A DNA stretch of 63,287 nucleotides, filler included, from Hyphochytrium catenoides (Eukaryota; Protista; Hyphochytriomycota): assembly GCA_900088475.1 (NCBI GenBank). It is 9 parts of 9 records of this genome, joined end to end, with 100 filler letters (N's around TTAATTAATTAA, not from the genome) between each part and the next. Parts side by side here need not be neighbours in the genome. Positions count along the whole stretch, not along the records: positions 23,705 to 45,511 come from FLMG01002791.1; positions 45,612 to 58,882 come from FLMG01001796.1; 7 more parts are not named here. One strand, written 5' to 3'. The position numbers were made by a program, and so were the translations under genes. Below, piece by piece: positions 36,301 to 49,196 of the stretch. The notes under the pieces are model-generated. The model had not been told where the DNA came from. It did not search any database and saw only the letters and a list, made by a program, of their open reading frames with translations. The number at the start of each line of letters is the position of its first letter. The stretch's first letter is position 1.

Positions 36301-38195
36301 ACTATTATTACTACCTTAATTAACTCTACAGCGAATCCCTAGACTATTCACCTGCAACGACACTAAGAGAGAAGCCCTCCAGCAACAGCTCCAGGAAGCT
36401 GATCCAGGGCCGCATTCTCGATCATCTGCACAGGCTGAGGCCGAGATCCGTCTGTAGGCAGTGGCCGTAATAAGTGTAGAAGGGGGAGACCCACACTACT
36501 CCCCCACCTGTCAGAGATGGCGTTGGCCGTTCTTTCAGCGTAGAATGAACCGTCTTCGTGGCTCCACCAAAGGAGGCCCACGCCCAGGGACGAAAAGAGT
36601 AGCCTGGCGTTGTTGCGGAGGACTCCACAGCTTTAGACGGCGACTTTCCTCCTACTATGCGCATGCTCCGCGGCGACGTAAGCTGTCTGAGCCGACCGCT
36701 TCATCATGGAGGAGTAAGATGGTAGATTGCAGTGGGGCGTGTCAGAGACATTAACATCGAAGAAGGGCGTGCAGACGTTCTGCGGCTTGAAGCCCTCAAT
36801 GGCCAGGCCATCACCACCTCCTGGGCGGCCACTACTCTTTGTATTAACCCTAAACTATGAATTATAATAAGGAAGAAGAAGAGTTTTCATACAAGGAGGA
36901 GGAGTGGCCTTCTATTTATAATAACAAGCAAACGAGTGAGTAGAGAAGAAGAATACTGTTTATAAAAGAAGAAGATATGCAAATATCTACATACTACGAA
37001 CAAGAGGAGGAACAAGGAAGAGAGAAAAGTAGTAGCTCTAGGGCAGAAAGAGAAAAACGAGGGAGGAGCATGAGGAAGCTCAATCACCGGGCCACTAAGG
37101 GCGGCAGGAGAGAAATCGAGGGGAAGAAGCGGGTGCTGCGGGGACACCACCGAGGAGGAGGACGGTGAGTTCATCTTCCTCATCACCAAGAATGCGAGAG
37201 CATCCTGCTGCTGCCTCGACGTCAGCTTCTTCTTCCCTTCGGTGCTGTTTGCTGAAGGACTTCTCTAGTCAGCTTCTTCTGCTGCTGCGACCCTCCATCC
37301 ACTACTACTATTCTAATTGTGTCTTCTGCTGAGCAAACAGGGTAAAGTATTAGTACTAGTAGTGTTGCAATCTTGCTGCTGTTGGTTGGTTGCAATTGCC
37401 CTTTCGCTCCATCTTCTACAGGAGAAAAGAAGAAAGCAGCTAAACAAGCTGATGACGGAAGAACACTTGTCCTCTTGTTGTCAAAGTGTAATAAGACAAA
37501 CATCTACCACCCGCGATTCCCATGATGATGAAAGGTGCGGTTAGTTGCATGTTGTTGTTGTTGACGGTCCACCACCATCATAGCAGCAAGACAGAGGAGC
37601 CGGTGGAAGAAGGATTGCTTTTTTTCTCCTCGTTGTTGTTGTCCTCGGATGGTAGCTGCTGTGATGAAGAAGAAGTACCTGTAAGCGCAACAAGGTAATC
37701 CTCCCAGCAGAGCAGCAGCAGCAGCACCAGCCTCAATAATCAACAGCGGGCGACCGAGCGAGGTCTGTCGTCGTCGCAGAATGAAGTTAAGAAGAATAGA
37801 CGACCGACAACAGAAGGAACCTGATGGACCAAAGCAGCAGCAGCAGATTGATGGCCAAAGAAACGCGATGATGATGATGACAAAGAGGGGATGACAGTGG
37901 AGGGAGGAGGAGGAACAGGAGGAGGAGTAGATTATTAGCAGAAGAGAAGAATTTCTATTCGAAGAAGAAGAGGAGTAATAACGACTGACGATAAGAAGCA
38001 GCAGCTTTTCGCCATACATTTTATTAGCCGTCAAGCTCGGTCACATTGGCTTTGGGAAATGATCCAATCAACTGAACGGTCACTTCACATCCCTGATCTA
38101 CATGGAATACATGGCGGATATCAGGAATGAGGATACAGATAACATGTTATTATTGTGATGATCATTCTTGGAGTGTTCTCTTTCTGTTTTTTTGG

Positions 38196-38263
<68 letters not shown>

Positions 38264-39105
38264 CCTGTCTTCTCTCTCTCTGTCTCTCTGTCTCTCTGTC
38301 TCTCAGTCTCTCTCAGTCTCTCTCTCCCTTATGCACACGCTCTGCTCCGTTTCCCCCTCCTCCTCTCTCCCCAACTTCAATTCTCTTCCTCTCCCCTCTC
38401 TTCTCCCTCCTCCATTACACTCCCTCGGAGAGTAGTAGAGAAGAACACGGTGGGGTAGAAAAGACCCAAGGAAGAAATTCTTCCACAAAAGATACGCCGA
38501 GCCATGGACGGAGTACAAGGAAGAAGCAGGAAGAAGAAAAGACAAGCAGGAACAAACGACAGCAGCACGGAAGGAAAACCGGCGGCAGGATGAAGACGAG
38601 GGGAGTGGGGCAGCTGCTACCGCCGCCCGACACTTCTCTCTTCTTCCTCTTCTTTCTTCTGTTCCCTCCGTGGCGTCCCCTTCCTTTTGCCGCTGCCGTC
38701 CTCGCCCTTCTTTTTCTGCTCATTGAAGAAAGATCACTGCCGGTCAGCTCGCAACAACGACAACGAGAGTCTTTCCTCTATTTCGTTTCCTAGTTGCAAG
38801 GCCGCATGGCATCAGCAGGAAGATAACATTATTAGCGCTTGGAGGCGTTCAGAAAGAGTCACATCTTAGTGTAAGAAGAGAACTACAGTCGAGAAGAAGC
38901 AAGTCCTGCAAGGAGAGAAGACGCGGACTAGAAGAGGTGAGAACGAAGAATTCTGTCTCCTTTCCTAGGCACCACCAGTTCCATACGTATATTGCCGTCT
39001 ATCTCTGTCCCTTTGCCTACCGCTAGAGACTGTAAGTGGCTACGTTTTGCTGTTCTCACGGTGTTTCTTCTGCTCTCTGTCACTTAGATTGGATAACTCC
39101 TAGCG

Positions 39106-39373
39106 ATGGTGAGTCACAAGACATCTGTGGCCAAGGATCTGGCTGTGAAGGTAATCGAACAGAGATGTTAGTGGAGATTGACAAGCTTTGGCCGTGGACC
39201 TCTTAGCCGTCACTGCGTCTCCTTTATCCGCCCCGATCCTTCATGACCGAGAGTCTCCTGATCCCGTCTCTTTGTTGCGCTTTCGCTCTATTCCTCTCTC
39301 CTCTCGCTCTTCTCGGCATTTCTCACCCTTCCCCGATTCCGGCTCTATGTATCTCTCTCTGTATGGTTTGGCC

Positions 39374-39408
<35 letters not shown>

Positions 39409-40212
39409 ATTCTCTCTCATTCTCTCTCTCTCTCTACGTCTCTTTTTCCCGCATTTACCTCTCGCGGTTCTTTTCCTAACTCTACACCACAGTCTGCCTC
39501 CATCAGGCAACAAGGCCTTAACACGTGTATACTCTCTCTTCTTCTCTGTCTTCCTGTCTCACGTTCAGGTCCTGACCTTGTACAAAGTGTCTCCAACTTC
39601 GCCACCAGACGTCGATTCCATCGTGGATGAGATTTATGCGCCAGATGCTTACTTCGAGGACACCTTTGTCCGGACCGCGAATGGCATTGAAAATGTCAAG
39701 GCGCAGTTCCGGCTTCTTCCTTTCGTCTTTCGAGAGACACATGTGCAGTTCCACAGAGGAGCGATGAGTGGGCCTAATCTCACAATTGATAGCACTGTCA
39801 CCTGCCAGCCCAAGCTGCTGCCCTCAATCTTTGCCATGCCAATAAGGTGAGCCCGTTAGGAACATGCAGGCAAAAGATAGATAAATAGAAAGGCGTAGAA
39901 AGGAGTGCAAAGTAGGTGATCTTAGCTAAGGTGCTGTCATCTCTTGCCTTCAGAATCTTTGCAGTCTGTGAGCTCCGTGATGGAAAGATTATCAAGCACG
40001 AAGACCACCTGAGCGCCCAGAGTCTCCTCTCGGCTCTGCCGCTGGTGGGCTGGGTTTACAATCGTATCAAGCCAGTCTTAGGAACAGTCACCTCAGTAGC
40101 GTTCCGAAGGACTAAAGCCAAGGGAACGGGAGAGAGAGGAGACAGCAGCCAGAACCCGGCATTAGGTATGGACAAGAAGAGGGGTAAACGGGGGACGCAA
40201 GTGGGTCCATGA
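39106..40212 (+). CDS. SnoaL-like/NTF2-fold protein, tandem paralogue 1
   Basis: Three coding exons (39106-39150, ~39569-39847, ~39954-40212): IYAPDAYFED..TANGIENVKAQF...RDGKIIKHEDH..LPLVGWVY. Confidence 0.88.
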
Positions 40213-41296
40213 GAGAGTCTCGAACATGCAAGGCAGCAGTCAAGGCCCTGGGCCATTATTGTCAATATTTCCTAAGCTATCCTTTATATGAGTCCTTATC
40301 TCCTCCTTTACGTCGTTCTATCTTGTCATGGAGGTCAGACCAAGGCTGAACAAGGAAAGGATTGGCACGAGCTCGCGACTGGTAAGTGAGTGGTGAGCTT
40401 ACTGGTCCTGGGGCGTTTATAAAACATGAGGTATGGAGATAAGGAACGTTGTGGCCATTCTATGGCAGAAAGGAAGGGAACTGTCGTGTGGCGGGAAGAA
40501 CAACGGAAGAGAAGAAAGTCCAAGATGAGTCATTTCAACAGCATCGATTCGTTGAGCTTTATTAATGTATATTGGTGCACCTCCCGCTACCGTTCTGTCT
40601 CAAGACTAACAACTCTAGTCTCTTCCTTCGATGCCCCTCTTCTCCCTCTTCCTTTTTGCATCTCTCAAATGGAAAGTGTTGCCTTCTCTTATGTTTGCTA
40701 GAGTGCATACCTTCCTGGCTCTTCAGTGAAAGAGTGAAGCTCAGGACTTGCAGCGCGCCAGAGGACGGCTTAGGATTCACTATATAGCACATGCTGTCCT
40801 GACGTACGGTGCACTCATCATCGCAATGAAATGTCCACGGACTTTAAGAGTCAAACGGTCTGAGAAAGAAAGGACAATGGAAAGTAGGCGTTGATGCCAA
40901 AGAGTAGCCCTATCGCGCCACTATCCTGCGAACCATCAAGGGTTGCCAGACGAAGGAAGGAAAGGACAACAGCTAATTCCCATGGAGGAGCAACGTGACC
41001 TCTTCTGATGTTGTGACGGCTAAGAGCTAGCCTGGAGACGATGTAGGCGAGGGAATGGGAGGACTGAGCGCATGGGCCAAAGAACTCATTGCATAGATAT
41101 ATAATCTTAGAGATATAATCTTCGGGTACGTTCAGAGCGTCTTTCTCCAATCTGCAGAGGCGATAAAATCTTTGCGGTCCCTTGCAATAATAATATTAAG
41201 CTTTCCTAGAACGATGTGTCCCAGATCTGATCAGCTCAGCAAAATGTGCCACGGGAAGAAGAGAGTACGACGAGTCTGCAAGAGCGATGAAAGAGT

Positions 41297-41327
<31 letters not shown>

Positions 41328-41963
41328 TAGTACTATCTAGTATCTAGCGCACATGGGCGAGGAGAGAGGGAGATCGAGAGAGGAGAGAAGAGAGAGAACC
41401 CGTTGGCCACTTCTTCTCTCCCCGCAGCTTCGTCCACAGACTTGAGAAGCGTATCTTTGTCCATTCTTATTAGCCGGTAACGGCCCTCAATGGCGTGTCA
41501 TCTTCCAGGTCTGTTCTTCATAGTAATAACATCAGAAACGGAGACCATTCCTCTTGTTTTGTAAGGGGACTCTTTACGTAGTAATATTTTGTCAAACCAG
41601 AGAAAGATACAGCTAAAGCGCGTTGGCTTTTATTTTGACCTCTCAGTTGTTTCTCTCTCTCCCTGTCTCTCTCTCCCTCTCACTGTCTGTCTGTCTCCCT
41701 CTCTCTCTGTCTGTCTCTCTCTCTCCTTTTTTAGCCCTCTCCCTCTCTCTCCCTCTCTCTCTCTCTCTCATTTTGTCTCTTTCTCTGTCTGTCTCTAGGT
41801 GTCCTTGAATCTGGTTCCTTTTCCTGCGTCCTCTGTCTTCAGGACAAAGTGCAGTTTGTACAAAGTCAACAGAGACAAGGCGGCCACCGGGAGAGAGACA
41901 ACGTGAAAGAGAGAGAGAGAGAAAGGAAAGTGAGAGAGAGAGAAAGGAAAGTGAGAGAGGCGA

Positions 41964-42018
<55 letters not shown>

Positions 42019-42331
42019 GATCAGGCCAAAAAATCTGCAAATGGAGACTGCGGATCAGGAAGAGAGACAGAAAGAAAGTTCATTGCCTTCTCTAAACGGA
42101 GACTCATTGTCATTTCGCTGAGCAAATCTCCAGTTAAGAACTCTTTATAGGTAAGAAAGGTCTTCTCACTAAGAGAAAGAGACACAAGTTAGAGAGAGAG
42201 AGAGACTCTTGCTAACCCTTAGGTAATCACTTAGAAGCAACTTCAATTTCCTCATCCTCTCTCTCTCTCTCTCTCCCCCACCGTCCTTCTCTCATTTTCC
42301 CCTTCCCCATAGCGTCACTGCACTCATCATC

Positions 42332-43509
42332 ATGACGAACAACAAATCTTCTGCAGCTAAGGAGCTGGCCGTCAAGGTAAAGTGATAAGAGAGAAGCTAG
42401 AACACCTCGCTCCGTTGGAGGTTGAACCTCCTCCTCTCGCCGGTGTCTCTCTCTTTCCTCTTTTTCTCTCCATCCTCAATCCTTTTCTTCACTCTCTTCT
42501 CCTCTATCTCCCGGTCTTCAAGACTACTTCGGTCCTCTTTTGCTGTTAGGCTGGGACCTTTGAGGCCGTGAAGCTGATATGATCATTGCCCGAGCATTGA
42601 CGGACTGGCCATTCTCTTCTCTGGGCCTTCTTCTCACTCACTGAGAGCCATACTATTGGGCCTTACCTTTTGGCCTGCTCTGTCTAGATGTGCAACCGTT
42701 CTCTCTCTCTCTCTCTCTTGAATGTTTCTGGCTCTCTCTCTCTCACTGATGCTGTCTTGCTTATTCTTTCCTCAGGTCCTCACGCTCTACAAGCTCTCTC
42801 CATCTGGGACGACGAACACTGATGCTATCATTGATGAGCTCTACGACTCTGAGGCCACCTTCCAGGACCCAATGGTCACGGCCAACGGCATTGAGAACGT
42901 GAAGGCTCAGTTCCGCGCTCTCTCTCTCATCTTCAGAGAGACACACGTGCAGTTCCACAGAGGAGCAATGAGTGGACCTAGCCTTACCATTGATAGCACC
43001 GTCCAGTTTCAGCCTAAGTTCCTGCCTAGATTCTTCGCTGTGCAGATTAGGTGAGCCTGCTGTCCTCTTTTACTTCTTTCTCCCTCCTCTTTTATTGTCT
43101 GTGTGTCTCTCTCTCTCTTCGGGGTCCTGTGAGATCTTGCTGTGCTTCACTATCACTCTCTTGGGCTGGTATTCGCCCTTTCTGTCTGTGCAGCTCCACC
43201 GCGTCCTTTCTCTCCTTTGCTTGGCCTTATCCTCTCAGCTTCCACATAAGACGTGAGGGCTTCTTTACACCTTCACCACTTCTCTCTGACACATCTGGCT
43301 CCTCCGTTTCCTTCAGGATCTTTACCATCTGCGAGCTGCGTGACGGAAAGATCATCAATCACACGGATCACTGGAGTCTGCAGACAGTGATCGGCTCTAT
43401 CCCTGTGGTTGGCTGGTTCTACGACAGGGTTAGACCGGTTGTAGGCAATGTCTCTTCTGTCATCTTCAAGAGGATTAAGCCACCTCAAGACAAGCCTCAC
43501 GAGCAGTAA
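42332..43509 (+). CDS. SnoaL-like/NTF2-fold protein, tandem paralogue 2
   Basis: Three coding exons with the same intron positions as paralogue 1: LYDSEATFQDPMVTANGIENVKAQF...RDGKIINHTDHW..IPVVGWFY. Confidence 0.9.
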
Positions 43510-44401
43510 GAGGAGAAGAATGTGGGACAAGGAAAACGAGGAGCTTGCACTGCGTCGAAAGGGAGCACAGCAGCAGCCTTTCTGGTGGTGCCCCATCCTC
43601 CAACAGCGACAGCTCCATCCTTTAGATAGTTATGCATTTTGAAGAGTAGCGCCAGAGGAAGAGACACAGAACAGAGAGAGAGAGAGAGAAGGAGATAAAG
43701 ATAGTATATAGCTAGGAGGCAAACAGCTTAGACCATAGGTTTAGCTAGAGAGGAATATGCTTAGGAGGCCCCAACCCACGGGTTCTAGTAAGATAAGCCA
43801 CAGATTGCCTAATCTCATCCATGTGTGTCCAGATCCGTTCATCTGTTCTGCCGCTCTGTCTTCAGTCCTCACCTCTCGTTGCCTATGTCTATCTCTAGTG
43901 CTAGCGGGCAGCAATGCCATACCTAAGAGACTTCACGTGCTCCTCTCCTGTCTTCCTGTGCATATCTCGCGTCCACTGCATAGGATACTAATGCCTCTAC
44001 GTTAATCGTTTTATAGCGCGAGCAATAGATAAGAGCAATGGTCTAGCGGCTTGGAGGTGCTATATACAGAAAGAGTCAATCTATGTTCCCATTCAACTGT
44101 CCTCTCTCTCGGTCTCTCCCCCTTCAATCGTTATGCTGTCTCTTCTCATTCCCTGACTCTTTCTTGCTCCTTCCTAAGCACTACATTCCCGCGAAAGCGC
44201 TAGTGTAGCGAAGATCTCATCATCATCAGGACGAACAAAGAGACTCCTCTGCAATTTCTTCTGCAGAGTCGAAGGGGGGGAAAGAGGAGAGGAAAGGATT
44301 GGACAAAGTCCTCGCCACGCTAATAGGATGGGAAGGAAAGGAGAGACCGACGGACAGAGAGAGGTGCTCCACCCGGTGCACCCTCTGTCTCTCTATTTTA
44401 A

Positions 44402-45511
44402 CTACTCTGGTATATGTGAATTTGGCTTGTTCCCCTGATAGTATCGAGGTCGGTGCGTACTCTCGGCCATGGAGGTCACCGTTTGCAACGTTTTTGACTG
44501 CGTGGGGGGTGGACTCTCTCTCAAAGGGAGAGAAGCGTCTCCATACATCCGCGGACTGTCATTTAGCACAAGTAAGCTGCCTGGCCTTCTCCGAGGAAGT
44601 GGAGCAGCAAGAGATGGCGATATCATCTGCATTCTGTATCGTGCCATGCCTGCCGACGCAGGTGGCTCCGTTCTGGCACCGTCGTCTCTTCCCATGAGGA
44701 GCTCGACCATCATCTGGTGGTTGTGCTTGAGGGCAATATCTAGCGCCTTTTCTCCCTTGAAGTTTCTTCGCTCTCTTTCTACCCTTCCATCTCTCAAAAG
44801 CACCTGAGCAGTGCTCACATGGCCCAGGTAACATGCCTTGTGAAGCGCTGTCTCTCCAAGTTTGTCAATCTGTCCTCCTGGGTCCACCCTGTGGTCTGAA
44901 AGAAGGAGAAGCAGGAGGGGATCCAGGCCCATCTGAGCAGCTATAAGCAAAGGAGTTTGTCCCCAGCTGTCATCCCTCGCGGGGGATATCCTCCCATCCC
45001 GTAGTATTAACTGGAAGACTCTCTCCACAGCCAGGGAATGCGCAGATGACGCGGCAGAAGAGGGAGAAGGGCCATAGCGATGATAGGAGGCACCTCTTCC
45101 CCCCATCTCACCACCGTACTTGAGCAAAGAGGGAGAGGAGGTAGGTGGAGAGAGACCCAGCCTGCAGATTTTATGCAGAACGGTGGACTCTTCCTCTGCC
45201 TCCTCGCGGAGGTCGAGATGGATTAAGAGCCAATCTACCGTCTCCACTCTTCCATTTATAGCCGCTAGTTGGAAGGGAGAGTAGCCATTCGTGTCCCTTT
45301 GCGTGGGGGAGAGTGCAGCTGATCGGAGAAGCATCTCCACTATCTCCCTCGCTCCTAGTGCGCAAGCCATATGTAAGGCATTGTGGCCAAAGCTGTTCTT
45401 GGTACTGGGGTCGGCTCTTCCGTCTGCCAGGAGACGATGGAAGATTCTTCCTGCCATCTCTTTCTCTCTGCTTCCGCTTGAAGATCCCCAGAGCGTGAGA
45501 GTCTTATGGAA
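44402..45511 (-). CDS. Ankyrin-repeat protein, 5'-truncated at linker
   Basis: Repeats FGHNALHMACALG, NGYSPFQLAAING, WGQTPLLIAAQMG, LGETALHKACYLG and KGEKALDIA, with DGR-D-P type spacers. Confidence 0.92.
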   Translation of the reverse strand, partial: FHKTLTLWGSSSGSREKEMAGRIFHRLLADGRADPSTKNSFGHNALHMACALGAREIVEMLLRSAALSPTQRDTNGYSPFQLAAINGRVETVDWLLIHLDLREEAEEESTVLHKICRLGLSPPTSSPSLLKYGGEMGGRGASYHRYGPSPSSAASSAHSLAVERVFQLILRDGRISPARDDSWGQTPLLIAAQMGLDPLLLLLLSDHRVDPGGQIDKLGETALHKACYLGHVSTAQVLLRDGRVERERRNFKGEKALDIALKHNHQMMVELLMGRDDGARTEPPASAGMARYRMQMISPSLAAPLPRRRPGSLLVLNDSPRMYGDASLPLRESPPPTQSKTLQTVTSMAESTHRPRYYQGNKPNSHIPE

Positions 45512-45611
45512 NNNNNNNNNNNNNNNNNNNNNNNNNNNNNNNNNNNNNNNNNNNNTTAATTAATTAANNNNNNNNNNNNNNNNNNNNNNNNNNNNNNNNN
45601 NNNNNNNNNNN

Positions 45612-46093
45612 GTCGGATAACGTCAGACTCAAGAAGCACCAGCGCCTCAAACGGAGCTTCTTCAAGAGCAGGCAGGGACATTTCCATGGAAGAAAACAAG
45701 AGCTCAATAACCCCGACGGCTGCTCCTCATCTGAGGTCAGGTACCACCATCGCATTGCCTGGAAGCGAAAGCAGCATTTCTTCATCGCGAGACGTTAGAA
45801 CCAAAGAGGAGGCCGAAGCGCGACTACTGTCGGAAGAGGCGGCGGGAGAAGAAGAGGATATATCATACGCTGAAGAAAGTTTTGAAGCTCTCAACACCCC
45901 TCAGAAAGTAGATAGTCCGTCAATGGCAGCTCCAGAAAGTGACAAGCAAGCCTCATCATTGGACATACATAATAGCTCCGACCTGGAGCAGTCTGCCGAC
46001 CTTAGTGTGGCGGAGGACGATGAAAACCTAGAGGAAGAAGTGATCTCCAATGGAGGAGACACTGGGGAAGCAAGTGATGACAGTGGCTTCTAG
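45612..46093 (+). CDS. Acidic low-complexity C-terminus of an unidentified gene (5' end beyond linker)
   Basis: The frame is open into a D/E/S-rich 135-aa ORF ending ASDDSGF*. Confidence 0.55.
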
Positions 46094-46655
46094 GTAGTCA
46101 ATAGGTCTACATGATTTATACTCCGGAGTAATTTATTTGACAGAGAAGAATGTGAGAAAACGAAGGAGAAAACCCAGTCAAAGACATTTCTCACGCTGTA
46201 GGGACAAATCAATGGCTATGCTCCTGGGGGACCCCAACCTCATAAAGCCGGTAACGGATATAAGAGTCCGCTAACGGGCATCGCTCTCCTACAGTTGTAA
46301 AACAGAGAATATACGTCGACGACAGGCCGATGAGTTGTTGTTGAGAATAGGCGGCATCAGCTGCGGCATCAGCACCAGAAGATCTGATTCTAGACACTCT
46401 ACCTCGCCTAGGACATTGCTGACAGACTTAGCTCAGCTTCAATAGCGGCATCAGTACTCTTCCACTGAAGCTGATAATAAAGAGGAGAAAGGTTGTCGCA
46501 AGCGATCGGAGTGCCAACTCTAGACCGCCACAGCTGCAGCTGATAGGTTACTAAGCATATAACCGCAAATTCGTGGCTGGGGCTAGGCCTCGCGGATCCT
46601 GTGACAGGAGACTCAGAAGTGCATTTCGTACAGCAGGAAAGACAGGCAGCTAGCG

Positions 46656-47305
46656 ATGGCGAGCGCAGTCAATGAAGCTGTTGCCGCCGAGGTGCAGAAG
46701 TTCCAGCAGCTGCAAACAGGTGCAATGTTGAGAACTTTATCAATTTCTAAACAGGCGTCTCACCTTCTCCTTCCTCCGGTATACTAGAGTTGACAGAGCT
46801 CGTCGGACGGCGGCAAACCCTTCAAAGCCAGCTAAATGAGAACTCAATGGTGAAATCGGTATGGCGGCAATGTTGGTTCCCTCCGCACTCGGCAAACACT
46901 CATATGTCCGAGCAGGAGCTTGACCTCGTGGAGGAGACTGCTACCGTATATAAACTGGTAGGGCCAGTTCTTCTCAAGCAGGACAGAGAAGAGGCGACAG
47001 AATCAGTAAAGCGTAGACTGGAGTTTATTGAAACAGAGATGTAAGTTTTGCTCATTTCTTAGCGCGGATGGAAGGTCCGTGGAGGCCACTAACCCTTCCG
47101 TTTTCAATGTACTCTAGGACAAAAGTGGCAAAGAGCATACAGTCGAAAGAAAACCAAGCTGATGAGATCAGAAAGAAGGTGAGAATGACCTTCAACCCTG
47201 CTCCATTTCCAATACTGAAGACTGCTCCGCATGCAGATCTCTGAACTCCAGATGGAGATGAAGAGGCAGGCAGCGGCTGCTGCTCAAAGTGTCATTGGGA
47301 GCTAA
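46656..47305 (+). CDS. PFDN6: Prefoldin subunit 6 (beta type)
   Basis: Five exons give MASAVN...LQSQLNENSMVKS|ELDLVEETATVYKLVGPVLLKQDREEATESVKRRLEFIETE...; QLNEN and VYKLVGPVLLKQ are diagnostic. Confidence 0.95.
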
Positions 47306-47477
47306 GCAGCAGTTTGAGTAAAAAGACTCTGAGCTATGCACTACTGATACAGTCATCGGGAGCTAAGCAGCCTTATTGGAGAAAGACCTCTGAGAAGAAT
47401 GCACCATTGATATAAGTAGTCGAACTAGAATATGATTGTTTCCTTGAAGTTCCCTTTCGACGTGCACGCTGTCAGAG

Positions 47478-48357
47478 TCATCCCTTAATCTTGATAGGAT
47501 CATTCTTCAGCTGGATGAAGACGCTTTTCATCCTGCTCAAATCAGTCTTATTCTCCTCTTTCTTGGCCTTGGTATCGACGTCCACCAGCCCTAATACCCG
47601 TGCCCATGGGTTATCACTCTCCAACTCCGCCTCAAGCCGCTCTAGGAGGGCTTGTTCCTCCTGTCGATTCTTGGCCTGTTTGGATTCCTTCATATGTTCC
47701 CGCTCAACGTAGAAAGATTCCAGCTCTCCTTTCGCCTTAACTTTTGCTTGCTGCCCTACTGCTTGCTGCTCTTTATCTTTTTCACTTAGTTTCGCCTCCC
47801 ATCTACTCATGAACTCCCTATGGCAGAAGAGTGTTAGATTCTAATTGGGGCTTGGAGCACCTAAACGGTAAACTCACGCTAAGGCATCAGGGCCGCTTGG
47901 GGATTCAGGTATAGGGGTAGGGATGGAGGCTTGGGGCAGTGGTGCAGGAGGCGGTGCAGGTTGTGAAGCTGGTATAGCAGGAGTTGCTTGTGGAGGCGCC
48001 ATCTCCGTCGGAAGTGCCATCGTGGGCATGCTAGGCATGGCAGACACTTGTGCAGGCCCCTGTGTTGGATCAAAGTGGAATGCATTTGCATCAACTGTCC
48101 AAAAAATTTTAGTGCCAATCCTGTAACTTCATAAAGCGACCGTTTTCCTTACTCTGTTGGTACTCGCCATCGTCAACCCCGAAGTGCTCTAGGGAAACTG
48201 GAGGCTGTGCTGCAGCATTAGGATCAATGGCCCCGAAGGTCGCATTGTAGTCAAAGCTGACAGGAAAGTGGAAGTACAGTGAGGATCCTGCAACAGGTAG
48301 AATAAAAGTTCCTGGGAGTTCTTACTCAGTGGGATCTGCTCCGAAAGGGTCAGACAT
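47478..48357 (-). CDS. CLC: Clathrin light chain
   Basis: MSDPFG N-terminus and Pro-rich linker, then REFMSRWEAKLSEKD...AKGELESFY...NRQEE...NPWARVLGLVD...DLSRMKSVFIQLK. Four exons. Confidence 0.9.
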
Positions 48358-49196
48358 TATATTGCTGGTCAGCCGGTGCTCTTCCTAGTGAAGTTGGGTA
48401 AGCTCGATGGATGCAGAACGCCTGACCTGCTTCTACAATCAGTGTGCCCGCTGGTGAAGATGGCCTAACCAAGGAGAACTCTGGCAGATGGAGGATCACG
48501 CACGGAGCACCGAGGGACAACAGAGTCGTACTGGAGCTCAAGAGCAATGCCCGAAAGCTCTGCGATCGCCGACGATTCAAGAGCAGAAAGCTCTGTCTGA
48601 AGCTTGACACCTCCGATCCGTTGTCAAACAAAAACCTTCACATCCCTCACTTCCTACAACAAAAAGGATCTCTCAAAATAGAATGAAAACGCCCTTTCGT
48701 CAACTGGAATTGGCGATTTACATGGTGAGATAGCCAAACATCCGTTTCTAGCATTAACCACAGAGTCCGGAATTCTGTGATTCGCTTTCTATATATCTAT
48801 AAACAGCCAAGATTGATCCTGGAGGAGCTCTGAAACTTGGTTGAGCTTCAACCAGATCTTCAGAATCCCAGATCTGGCTTTGAAGTCTGGGAGACCAGTG
48901 AGAGACTTGTTACGCAGCGCCGCAGGGTTGAGGCTTGATAGAAGGTCCTTGACGACGCTGTAACAGCTCTGACGCAGTCGCATACCCATCGTGACGTTGT
49001 CGTCACACTGATTAGAGGAGTATGGGAGAAGATGGGTTGCGCTAAGGAGGAAAGCATGTCAGCAGTGACTGCCCACTCGTCTGAACAACGGCTATTGAGG
49101 AGGGGAGCGAGAGCTCACCTTCTCACGATAGAACCTCTCCCCTTGCCTAGTGACGGCCTTAGTCGTTATTTTCCATAAACACTGCTGGTTGTTGCT

